This document shows, piece by piece, positions 47,760 through 56,647 of a stretch of DNA of 64,000 bases. The stretch spans positions 1,966-65,965 of the forward strand of contig JAZRWN010000113.1 of the NCBI GenBank assembly GCA_045599725.1. The letters run 5' to 3'. The stretch comes from Candidatus Cryptobacteroides sp. (GTDB lineage: Bacteria; Bacteroidota; Bacteroidia; Bacteroidales; UBA932). How positions within the stretch are numbered: position 1 is the stretch's first letter; each line of letters starts with the position of its first letter. The position numbers were made by a program, and so were the translations under genes. Below the pieces are notes generated by a model. It saw only the letters and a list, made by a program, of their open reading frames with translations, was not told the origin of the DNA and ran no database searches.

Positions 47760-47891
47760 TATTCCATATAGTCCAAGCAGTTTCGTCAAATACTCCAGTT
47801 TGTACTCGAGAGGAATTTCATTGATGAAAAGGTACTCGAAGTCATCCAGCGTCGGTGCTGGAGATTGCCGGAAATACTGTTCAGCGAATTC
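47721..47891 (-). pseudogene. Start-less 3' gene fragment (about 56 codons)
   Basis: Minus frame EFAEQYFRQSPAPTLDDFEYLFINEIPLEYKLEYLTKLLGLYGISRIWKGIFNKNS*; an in-frame stop lies just upstream. Confidence 0.4.
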
Positions 47892-48825
47892 AGTTTGTTT
47901 TAATTGATTTTAGCAATAGTGCTCTTTCCTTTATTTCCTTGAGTGCCGTCAATAGATGGTAAACCCTCTGAGGGTATTCTTTCTGTATCAGTTCCCTGGC
48001 CTTTTCTGATTCCCGTTTCCCGTAACTTATTACTCCGACGACCATCTTTGTGTGCTTCCATTTGGAAATATAATTCTGCGACAGAAAATAATCCAGAAGC
48101 ATATGCCCTTCATGTATGGACTTGGACTTATTTTCCGAGGTTTTCCCAACAGCTGTCTGACTCATGTCATGCCTCCTATGATAATTCAAGTCATCAGGTA
48201 TGTAATGTACGGTTCCAGCCTTGGCAATTTCGCACCAGAACATTACATCCCCGATGTATCTGAAATTCAGATATTCTTTACTGATGTTCTCAAATGCACT
48301 TCTTTTAAACAGAACGGAGCTGGCGTTGACCACAAGATTGTCCTTCACCATGTGTTTTTTTATAAACTCACTCCCTTCGAGAGTCAAGCGTTCATCTGCT
48401 TCCGATTGGAAAATATGATATCCTTTTTTATTCCCTGAACTGTCCATGAGTCTTGATCTGCAGAAGGACATGACGCAATCCTCATCCTCAACGAATGCCT
48501 CCAAAAGTTTCCCAATCATTTCAACATCGCAGCTGTCATCACTTTCTGCTATCCAAACGAGATCGCTGTCTGCGAAATTTATACCCTTGTTCCATTGTTT
48601 GAATGGACTTCCGCTGTTCGATTCATTATAAATAATGGTTTTGACTTTGCTGTTATTCCTGTAGCGCTCGATGATTTCGCGGCTATTGTCTGTGGAACAG
48701 TCATCCAGAATGATGATACTGATATCACCGCATGTCTGGTTGAGTATGGAATCAAGCCGCTCAACAAGATATTCAGAGTAATTGTAGTTTGGCACTACAG
48801 CGGTTATGGTAAATTTCTTGTTCAT
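47890..48825 (-). CDS. GT2 glycosyltransferase
   Basis: VVPNYNY, LDDCSTDNS, NSGSPFKQWNKG, WIAESDD, NASSVLF. Confidence 0.92.
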   Translation of the reverse strand: MNKKFTITAVVPNYNYSEYLVERLDSILNQTCGDISIIILDDCSTDNSREIIERYRNNSKVKTIIYNESNSGSPFKQWNKGINFADSDLVWIAESDDSCDVEMIGKLLEAFVEDEDCVMSFCRSRLMDSSGNKKGYHIFQSEADERLTLEGSEFIKKHMVKDNLVVNASSVLFKRSAFENISKEYLNFRYIGDVMFWCEIAKAGTVHYIPDDLNYHRRHDMSQTAVGKTSENKSKSIHEGHMLLDYFLSQNYISKWKHTKMVVGVISYGKRESEKARELIQKEYPQRVYHLLTALKEIKERALLLKSIKTN

Positions 48826-48965
48826 TAATTGATGGTCAAATGGTGGTTATGTATCTTTCTTGGCGATGTAGTACATTCTTGACACTCATGCTCAACAATA
48901 TGGTATGTATCTGAGAATGTTCGCCCAGAACTCTTCGCTGCCCGGATTGTGTGCGAACATAACTG

Positions 48966-49901
48966 CTAATAATTACATACTGTCTTTGTCTTTTGCGATA
49001 ACCATCGGTCAATATACTGCCTTCTGTCCTTAGTGTCCGGGTTGATATCGAAATACAAATCAATGAGGGCACCGATCTGTTCTTCTCTAAGAATCTGGTC
49101 GGGATATCCACGTTCTAGTTTCTTGAGATATTCTTCCGCGGACTTTGTGGTGTAATGACGGAGATATGCATATGAGAAGTCATATTTACTGAAAACACTT
49201 CTTGCATTGCATGGCTTTCCTGACGCATTGCAGCACTTTATTCCTACTGGTGAAGGAGTATGCGGGCCGACTCTCCACCACAGCGGGAGCAATTCATGGC
49301 ATCGAACGATGCTTTTGATATGGTCGTTGGTAGGACGATCCCACCAGGAATTCATAATATCAGCGGGTGCAGGTTCAGGAAATCTCTCCATCAAAGGCGC
49401 TTCAGAATAGGACAGATTCCCGTTGTCCCCGAAACACATCCAATTCACATGCACCATCCAGAAGCCATTGAACATGTCCCGGGACAAGTATTCGCCTACT
49501 GTCACATCCTGTTTCAATTCCAGGAATTCATCCATGTCGAAAAAGGCGATCCAACCGTAATCGCTGCGTCTGGCGCGGTAACATTCGGTGTATGCTTGGA
49601 CCTGGCAGACCTTTTTGCCTCTGTAGTCCACCAGCTCGACAAAACCATCTTCAATGTAATCTTGGATTACGTCCTCAAATCTTTCTCCGTCACAGTCGTT
49701 GTTGTCGTATATGACGATGTGCGCGAAGCCGATATTTTTGTACCATTCGACGAATTCACGAACATATTTGTTTTCGTTCTTTCCTATGCAGCACAGCAGG
49801 ACCTTGGTGTTATCTTTGGCCGATTTGTTGAGCAATGGTGTCAAAACCCTTTGCAGCAACATTAGCAACGAACATTTTATTTTATATCTAACAATCCCCA
49901 T
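48966..49901 (-). CDS. GT2/GT92-like glycosyltransferase
   Basis: KNENKYVREFVEWY, IYDNND, WIAFFDMDEF, KSIVR, HYTTKSAEE. Confidence 0.85.
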   Translation of the reverse strand: MGIVRYKIKCSLLMLLQRVLTPLLNKSAKDNTKVLLCCIGKNENKYVREFVEWYKNIGFAHIVIYDNNDCDGERFEDVIQDYIEDGFVELVDYRGKKVCQVQAYTECYRARRSDYGWIAFFDMDEFLELKQDVTVGEYLSRDMFNGFWMVHVNWMCFGDNGNLSYSEAPLMERFPEPAPADIMNSWWDRPTNDHIKSIVRCHELLPLWWRVGPHTPSPVGIKCCNASGKPCNARSVFSKYDFSYAYLRHYTTKSAEEYLKKLERGYPDQILREEQIGALIDLYFDINPDTKDRRQYIDRWLSQKTKTVCNY

Positions 49902-51462
49902 CGCACACTTTTTTGGTATCAATGATGTTCAGAAGTCTCTTTACTATCCCTCTCATGCCCTGCTCGGAACCGTATAACAGTATGAACATGATGATGGCGC
50001 ATGGCACGAATATCAGCAGTGCATATAAGAAGAAACTCAGGAATGACTCCGAAGGGTCGATGGTCAGATAATGTCGTAGGCATTCGATTAGGGCAAAAGT
50101 CAGACCACCGACGAGCAGATGCTTCGCTGTGATGCGGATATAGCACCAGATGGATTCTTTGAGCCCGCTTCGGAACAGGAACAGCGGCTTCCATATCCTG
50201 ATGATGAGGACTTGGCTGAGCAGCAGACCAGCCAGGATGCCGTCAAGACCATATGCCCTGCCGAGGAGAATGGCGGAAACAAGATATATGACAGCCTCGG
50301 CCAGCGGAGCCCAGATGTCCTGATAGAGACCGTGGGCGTTGATGAAGACATCCACCACGCCCCTGCAGTTCTGTATGTAGAAAAGGACGATAATCAGGGC
50401 CAGGGTGGATCTGTCAAGTATGTATTCCCCTCCGATCCAGACAGAGATGAACGGTTCTACCAGATACCATAAACATATGCAGCAGGTCATCACCATCCAG
50501 AACCTTGATGAGTACAATTCCCGGAAGACCTTCATCGTGAGTTCCTTGTTGTTTTCGGCCACCATGTTGCCGACGCTGGCGGCGAGTCCCGTGAACAGAG
50601 CCCCGAGGAGGTATGTCAGATTTGTGGTGAATATCTGATAGTTGCCATATTTGGCGACGACAGTGAGCGACAGTATCGGATATATAATGAGGGCGGTGGA
50701 CTGGTTGATGGCAAATGATCCTATCTTGTGAACGAACATCTGCTTCACTTTTGTCGTGACGATAGGATATTTGTGCCGGAGCTCCGCAGGCTTATTGACT
50801 TTATCCTTGATGTATGGGAAGTTCCTGTTGACCACTCTGGATAGGATGATGGCTGTCAGGGTGGCGAACATGACTTCTATCACCAGCCACCAGACATACC
50901 CGTGAGGAAGGAACTTTACGGCGAGCGCCTGGGCTACCAGTTTGAAAAGAGAGATGAACTTTGTGGAGAACTGAATCTTGTAGTTCATCTGGTGGGCGTC
51001 CAGCAGTATCTGCTTGTAGTTGAAGAAATATCCCAGCAGCGAACTGTAGAGGAGCACTCCGAATGAGGCGTATGCGTACCATAAAGGCAGAGGGGTCTTG
51101 CTGAAGTACATCGGGAAGAAGCACATCATCACGACACTGGCCGCCATCACGATGAGTGCTATCATCCTGTACAGCCAGCCCTGAAGTGCAACGATTTCCT
51201 TGACAGTTTTCTCGTCCTTCTCAAAGATAGGCTTGTACAGAGTCACGGCGATGGCTCCGCCTATGCCCAGCTCCGCCAGATTCAGGAATCCCAGAAGGCT
51301 GCTCGCGGTCGTGTTGAGGCCCAGGACCTCGGTGCCCAGATGGTTCAGGAATATGCGCCTCGACCAGAATCCTATCAGGAGCGAGATGAGCTGCAGCCCC
51401 ACCGCAACGAAACTGTTGCGGAGGCTGTTCCTTGTCCTGGCATATGATCCTGAATATTCCAA
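49888..51462 (-). CDS. wzx: Wzx-type oligosaccharide flippase (MATE-like)
   Basis: RTRNS, LNLAELGIG, LYKP, SVGN, WIG; about 12-14 TM helices; TTG start. Confidence 0.85.
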   Translation of the reverse strand: MEYSGSYARTRNSLRNSFVAVGLQLISLLIGFWSRRIFLNHLGTEVLGLNTTASSLLGFLNLAELGIGGAIAVTLYKPIFEKDEKTVKEIVALQGWLYRMIALIVMAASVVMMCFFPMYFSKTPLPLWYAYASFGVLLYSSLLGYFFNYKQILLDAHQMNYKIQFSTKFISLFKLVAQALAVKFLPHGYVWWLVIEVMFATLTAIILSRVVNRNFPYIKDKVNKPAELRHKYPIVTTKVKQMFVHKIGSFAINQSTALIIYPILSLTVVAKYGNYQIFTTNLTYLLGALFTGLAASVGNMVAENNKELTMKVFRELYSSRFWMVMTCCICLWYLVEPFISVWIGGEYILDRSTLALIIVLFYIQNCRGVVDVFINAHGLYQDIWAPLAEAVIYLVSAILLGRAYGLDGILAGLLLSQVLIIRIWKPLFLFRSGLKESIWCYIRITAKHLLVGGLTFALIECLRHYLTIDPSESFLSFFLYALLIFVPCAIIMFILLYGSEQGMRGIVKRLLNIIDTKKVCDGDC

Positions 51463-51563
51463 AATAACGATTTAATGTACTTTACAAATATATGCTTTTT
51501 TAGCCGAACATCTAAATTATACAAATAAAATGCTAATTTTGTAAGAATTTAAATAGTACCGAC

Positions 51564-53249
51564 ATGGCAGACATCAACAAACCCGCAGAGGTCGCGGAAG
51601 AGCCTAAGAAGCTGAATTTCCTTGAAGAGATAATAGAGGCTGACCTCGCAGCCGGAAAGTTTGACAGCATATTGACCCGTTTCCCTCCGGAGCCGAACGG
51701 GTACCTTCATCTCGGCCACGCCAAGAGCCTTTGCATCAATTTCGGCCTTGCCCAGAAATTCGGGGGCAAGACCAATCTCCGCTACGATGACACGAACCCT
51801 ACGAAGGAAGACACCGAGTATGTGGACGCCATCAAGGAGGATATCCGCTGGATGGGTTTCCAGTGGGAGAAGGAATGCTATGCGTCCGACTATTTCGACC
51901 AGCTTTACGAATGGGCCGAGCAGATGATCATGCGCGGCCAGGCATATGTGGATGACCAGACCCTGGAGGAGATGCGCGAGAACCGCGGAACTGTCGAGAC
52001 TCCGGGCAAGGACAGCCCGTGGCGTAACCGCAGTGTCGAGGAGAATCTCAAGCTTTTCCGAGAGATGCGCGACGGCAAGTATGCTGACGGCGAGAAGGTG
52101 CTCCGCGCCAAGATAGACATGGCCCATCCGAACATGATGTTCCGTGACCCTATCCTCTACCGTATCAAGCATGCCACGCATCATCAGACCGGGGACAAGT
52201 GGTGCATCTATCCTATGTACGACTACACCCACGGACAGTGTGACTCCATCGAGAATATCACCCATTCTATCTGCACACTCGAGTTCGACGTTCACAGACC
52301 TCTTTACGACTGGTTCATCGAGACCCTCGGCATCTATCCGAGCCATCAGTACGAGTTCGCACGCCTGAACCTCACATACACCCTCATGAGCAAGCGCAAG
52401 CTTCTCGAACTTGTCCAGAAGGGCCTTGTGGCCGGCTGGGACGACCCTCGCATGCCTACGCTCTGCGGTGTCCGCCGCCGCGGATACACCCCTGAAGCTC
52501 TCAAGATGTTCTGCGAGAAGATCGGCGTGAGCAAGCGTGACCAGCTTATGGATATCCAGCTTCTCGAATGGTGTGTCCGTCAGGATCTCAACGCCCGCTC
52601 GAACCGCTACATGGTGGTTTCGGACGACCCGATCAAGGTTACCATCACCAACTGGGAGCCGGGCAAGGTCGAGTGGTTCGACTGCCCTTTGAATCCGGCT
52701 GACCCTGAAGGCGCCACCCGCAAAGTCCCGTTCACAGGCGAGTTGCTCATCGATCGTGCCGACTTCATGGAGGATGCTCCGAAGAAGTACTTCCGTCTCA
52801 AACCTGACGAAGAGGTGCGTCTCAAGTATACCTATATCATCAAGTGCAACGAGGTCGTGAAGGATGCCGACGGCAAGGTCGTCGAGCTCAAGTGCACCTA
52901 TGACCCTTCCACCCGTCCTGGAGGCGGCGAATGGCGTTCCGTCAAGGGCACCATCCACTGGGTGTCGACCGAGTATGCGAAGGAGATCGAGCTTCGCCTC
53001 TATGACCTGCTCTTCACCCTTGCTGACATGAGCCAGGTCCCGGAGGACAAGGACTACAAGGACTTCCTGAATCCTCAGTCTCTCGTCATGGCGAAGGGAT
53101 ATGCCGAGCCTGCACTCCTTGAAGACAACTCAGGCATAGCCGTCCAGTTCGAGCGCGTCGGCTACTTCTTCAAGGATCCGGACAGCACTCCTGAACATCC
53201 GGTCTTCAACAAGACCACCGCCCTGAAGGATTCCTTCAAGATAGCGTAA
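51564..53249 (+). CDS. glnS: Glutamine--tRNA ligase
   Basis: RFPPEPNGYLHLGH, YPMYD, HSICTLEF, MSKRK, WDDPRMPT, QFERVGYF. Confidence 0.97.
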   Translation: MADINKPAEVAEEPKKLNFLEEIIEADLAAGKFDSILTRFPPEPNGYLHLGHAKSLCINFGLAQKFGGKTNLRYDDTNPTKEDTEYVDAIKEDIRWMGFQWEKECYASDYFDQLYEWAEQMIMRGQAYVDDQTLEEMRENRGTVETPGKDSPWRNRSVEENLKLFREMRDGKYADGEKVLRAKIDMAHPNMMFRDPILYRIKHATHHQTGDKWCIYPMYDYTHGQCDSIENITHSICTLEFDVHRPLYDWFIETLGIYPSHQYEFARLNLTYTLMSKRKLLELVQKGLVAGWDDPRMPTLCGVRRRGYTPEALKMFCEKIGVSKRDQLMDIQLLEWCVRQDLNARSNRYMVVSDDPIKVTITNWEPGKVEWFDCPLNPADPEGATRKVPFTGELLIDRADFMEDAPKKYFRLKPDEEVRLKYTYIIKCNEVVKDADGKVVELKCTYDPSTRPGGGEWRSVKGTIHWVSTEYAKEIELRLYDLLFTLADMSQVPEDKDYKDFLNPQSLVMAKGYAEPALLEDNSGIAVQFERVGYFFKDPDSTPEHPVFNKTTALKDSFKIA

Positions 53250-53270
53250 GATTGACAAACATCTGATTTA

Positions 53271-53306
53271 CAGCCCGCAAGACTTTATTCAGCCTTTCGC
53301 GGGCTG
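53271..53306. terminator. Possible bidirectional hairpin at the glnS/symporter convergence
   Basis: CAGCCCGC...GCGGGCTG inverted repeat straddling the symporter stop codon; long loop. Confidence 0.35.
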
Positions 53307-54454
53307 AAGATGTTGTCGATGACCATGGCGACCGCTCCGTCGCCGGTGACATTGCACGCAGTACCGAAACTGTCCATCACGACATAGAGGGCAATCATCA
53401 TCGCCTGGTCCGCATCACCGAATCCGAGCACGGACGACAGCACGCCGAGGGCTGCCATTATGGCGCCGCCGGGGACACCCGGGGCGGCGATCATGGTTAT
53501 GGCCAGAAGCGAGATGAAACCGACGAACATCGGGAGGTCGAACGCCATCCCCTGCATCAGCATGATGGTGACCGCGCAGGCTGTGATCTTGATCATCGAG
53601 CCCGGCATATGGATGGTGGCGCATAGAGGGACGGTGAAACCTGCGACTTCGCTGCGGGCTCCGCATTTCACGGAGCAGTCCATCGTGACAGGAATGGTGG
53701 CCGCGCTGCTGGATGTGCCGAGGGCGGTGAAATACGCCGGCAGCATGTTCTTCATCGACTTGAAAGGATTCTTTCCCGTTATTCCACCGGAAATGATGAA
53801 CATCACTGTCAGCCACACGAGGCTCATCGCGAAAATGACAAGGATCATCACTGCGAAGACCTTGAGCACCGGCATCGCCTCGCCTGTACAGGACATCTTG
53901 ACGAAAATGCTGAATATGTACAGAGGCAGCAGGGGGATGAATATCTTACTTATCGCCAGCACTACCACGGACTCGAAGTCATACACCACATTCCGCAGGT
54001 AGTCGCGCTCAACTATGGTCAGAAGTATGCCCAGCATGAACGAGAGCACAAGGGCGGTCATCACGTCCATCAGCGGAGGGATGTTCATGGTGAAGAACGG
54101 GTTGACGCTGGCCGATGAGGCCAGGTCAATGCCTTCGTGGCTGCCATCCAGGAACTTCGGGAAGAGACTGGAACTGGTGAAGTATGAGAAAAATCCGGCC
54201 AGGATGGTGGAGAAATACGCAATGAGCACGGTCACAAGGACCATCCTTCCGGCCTTGCGGCCAACCTTGCAGATCGCGGGTGTGACGAGGCCCACGATGA
54301 TGAGCGGAACCATGAACCCGATGAATTGGGAGAAAATGGCGCTGAAGGTGGTGAATATCCTGACAACAGGTATAGGCAGGAACAGCCCGAAGACTACTCC
54401 GAGCACGCACGCTGCCAGAATCTTCCAGATAAGGGCGATCTTGTGATGTTTCAT
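53285..54454 (-). CDS. Dicarboxylate/amino acid:cation symporter (DAACS, SstT-like)
   Basis: TSSSAATIP, PLCATIH, APGVPGG, DSFGTACNVTGD. Confidence 0.92.
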   Translation of the reverse strand: MKHHKIALIWKILAACVLGVVFGLFLPIPVVRIFTTFSAIFSQFIGFMVPLIIVGLVTPAICKVGRKAGRMVLVTVLIAYFSTILAGFFSYFTSSSLFPKFLDGSHEGIDLASSASVNPFFTMNIPPLMDVMTALVLSFMLGILLTIVERDYLRNVVYDFESVVVLAISKIFIPLLPLYIFSIFVKMSCTGEAMPVLKVFAVMILVIFAMSLVWLTVMFIISGGITGKNPFKSMKNMLPAYFTALGTSSSAATIPVTMDCSVKCGARSEVAGFTVPLCATIHMPGSMIKITACAVTIMLMQGMAFDLPMFVGFISLLAITMIAAPGVPGGAIMAALGVLSSVLGFGDADQAMMIALYVVMDSFGTACNVTGDGAVAMVIDNIFSPRKAE

Positions 54455-54457
54455 ATG

Positions 54458-55660
54458 TTATCTCGGAAGGCCGAGGAGTTTGCTGCGTGACAAGAGGCAG
54501 TCGCCGATGGATGCAGCCTTGCGGCCGAGCTTCGAGAACTTGATGGTGGTGTCGCTGCTGACGCGGTGGAGCGAGAGCTTGTTGACAGCAGTCTTGATAG
54601 GATACATCAGGTAGTCTCCGCCGACGATGAGACGGCCTCCGACGATGACGAGACCAGGATTGAAGATATTGATGATACCGGCGATGCCCCTTCCGAGAGC
54701 GTCTCCGATGTCTCCGATGCCGTCGATGGCCAGGACATCCTCGTCCTCTACAGCCTTGAGGATCTCGTCGAGAGTGACATCTCCCTTCTCCTCATAAATC
54801 TTTGACATGGAGGAAGTCTGACCCTGGTTGAGACGCTCGATGATCATCCTGTGGAGGGCGGAGCCTGAAGCTCCTGTCTCGAGGCAGCCTTTCTTTCCGC
54901 AACGGCACAGGAGGTCATTGTCAAGGATAGGGAAGTGCCCTATCTCACCGGAGAATCCTGATTTTCCGTAATACAGCCTGCCGTCGAGGATCATTCCCAT
55001 GCCGAGTCCCCAGCTGATGTTCACGAATATCATGTTCTTCTCGTCCTTGACGCTGGTCAGATATTCACCATATGCCATGGCGCGGGAGTCGTTCTCGATG
55101 CTGACAGGCACATCGAGCTCTTTCTCGAAGAAGTCCTTGAGCGGGATGTCCTCGCTTACGAAATACGTGAGGCTGTAGCCTTTCTCAGGATTAACTCTTC
55201 CTGACAAACTGATACCCACCCCCATGACATGGTTCCAGGTGCGGCCCGTGTGTGTCACCGATGTGCGGATCAGATGGCATAGAGCGCGGAACGAGTCAGG
55301 ATTGTCCTCCAGAACGAACTCTATGTCCTGGATGAAATCCACCAGCTCACCTTTGAAGTCACAGATGGCGATATGGAAATGCTGCCTGGCGATGTCCACG
55401 CCTATGAAATAACCGGCCTCTGGGTTTAGCCCGAAAATCGACGGCCTGCGGCCTCCTGATGTGCCCTGCTTGCCAAGGTCCTGAAGAAAACCTTCATCGA
55501 TCAGTTCGTTGATGAGTTTCGTTACTGTCGGCACGCTCGCATTTATCCTCAAACTGAGCTCGGCGATGCTGTAACTGCCAGATTCTATGCAAAGGTTGAT
55601 AATCTGCCTTTTGAGAGCGGCATTTTTACTGTCCGTTTCGCTGAAAAAGGTTCTGTTCAT
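54458..55660 (-). CDS. ROK-family transcriptional regulator
   Basis: N-terminal wHTH (SVPTVTK, GGRRP), IENDSR, GEIGH, CRCGKKGCLE. Confidence 0.93.
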   Translation of the reverse strand: MNRTFFSETDSKNAALKRQIINLCIESGSYSIAELSLRINASVPTVTKLINELIDEGFLQDLGKQGTSGGRRPSIFGLNPEAGYFIGVDIARQHFHIAICDFKGELVDFIQDIEFVLEDNPDSFRALCHLIRTSVTHTGRTWNHVMGVGISLSGRVNPEKGYSLTYFVSEDIPLKDFFEKELDVPVSIENDSRAMAYGEYLTSVKDEKNMIFVNISWGLGMGMILDGRLYYGKSGFSGEIGHFPILDNDLLCRCGKKGCLETGASGSALHRMIIERLNQGQTSSMSKIYEEKGDVTLDEILKAVEDEDVLAIDGIGDIGDALGRGIAGIINIFNPGLVIVGGRLIVGGDYLMYPIKTAVNKLSLHRVSSDTTIKFSKLGRKAASIGDCLLSRSKLLGLPR

Positions 55661-55810
55661 AATTATTTCGTATTAGGTATTGCAAATTTATAAAATAATA
55701 TTTATAAATTCCATATACTTTTTAAATTATTTTATGCCGTGACCGTGGTGCCGATAGTTGAGGTTTCATGAGAATTATTATTATATTTGTAGATATTATT
55801 CTTTGTGAAT

Positions 55811-56647
55811 ATGCCATTCGGAAAAATTAAGAACAGATTGTCGTCCTGGCACTTGTCCCTGAAAGCCAAGCTGACCCTCAGCCTGAGCGCCATCGCCGTG
55901 ATACTTATCGTGTCCAGCGTCATTTCTCTCATGGAGTACAAGCGTATGAGCACATATGTGTCTGACCTCATTGCCGACAATATCAATTCCATAAATGTAG
56001 CCCAGGGCCTGTCTGAGGTCTGCAACACATACAATCTCGACATTCTCTCAGTCATCGGCGACGAGACCGCCACCATCCCGGATTTCGACCAGGAAGCATT
56101 TGTCGCACACTGCGACAGCCTCAAGAAGAACCTGACATCCGTGAGCCTTCTCCCTCTGGCAGACTCCGTGATGTATTCGTATTCAGCCTATATGCTGACC
56201 ACTCTCGAGCTCGAGGATGTGCTGCTGTCAGATTTCATAGATTCCAGAACCTGGTATTTCGAGCGCCTCCAGCCGAAGTTCAACCGTTTGAGAAATGACA
56301 TCGACAACCTGAGCGCCGGCATGTACAATGACCTGAAGAAGAACTCACTCACTTTCCAGAGGGGGTTCTACAGGAGCATCATACCCGGCATAGTCGCAGT
56401 TCTCGTCGGCCTTCTGCTAGTGGTCATGCTCCTCTTCTTCATCCTGGCATTCTATGTGAATCCGATATACAAGATGCTGGACTCACTGAAGAACTACAAG
56501 TCGTTCAACAAGAAATACACATATTCATTTGAAGGTGACGACCAGCTGGCTGAGCTGAATGCCGGAGTCTCTGACTTGGCGAACGAGAACCAGCAGCTCC
56601 GCAAACGCCTCACGGCCATGAAGAACCTTACATCCGATCAGAAATGA
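55811..56647 (+). CDS. Membrane protein with periplasmic four-helix-bundle sensor and HAMP-like tail, no output domain
   Basis: TM1, about 150-aa helical region, TM2, NPI...GDDQLAELN HAMP-like pattern, short coiled coil; ATGA overlap with trkH. Confidence 0.72.
   Translation: MPFGKIKNRLSSWHLSLKAKLTLSLSAIAVILIVSSVISLMEYKRMSTYVSDLIADNINSINVAQGLSEVCNTYNLDILSVIGDETATIPDFDQEAFVAHCDSLKKNLTSVSLLPLADSVMYSYSAYMLTTLELEDVLLSDFIDSRTWYFERLQPKFNRLRNDIDNLSAGMYNDLKKNSLTFQRGFYRSIIPGIVAVLVGLLLVVMLLFFILAFYVNPIYKMLDSLKNYKSFNKKYTYSFEGDDQLAELNAGVSDLANENQQLRKRLTAMKNLTSDQK

Noticed and set aside
48826-48965. Possible second gene remnant (MFAHNPGSEEFWANILRYIPYC*...RMYYIAKKDT*) and the 91-aa ORF 48836-49111
   Set aside because: Short, interrupted by stops, no recognisable family; cannot be supported without a search
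51549-52958. 469-aa antisense ORF over glnS
   Set aside because: Shadow of a highly biased housekeeping gene; no recognisable protein features
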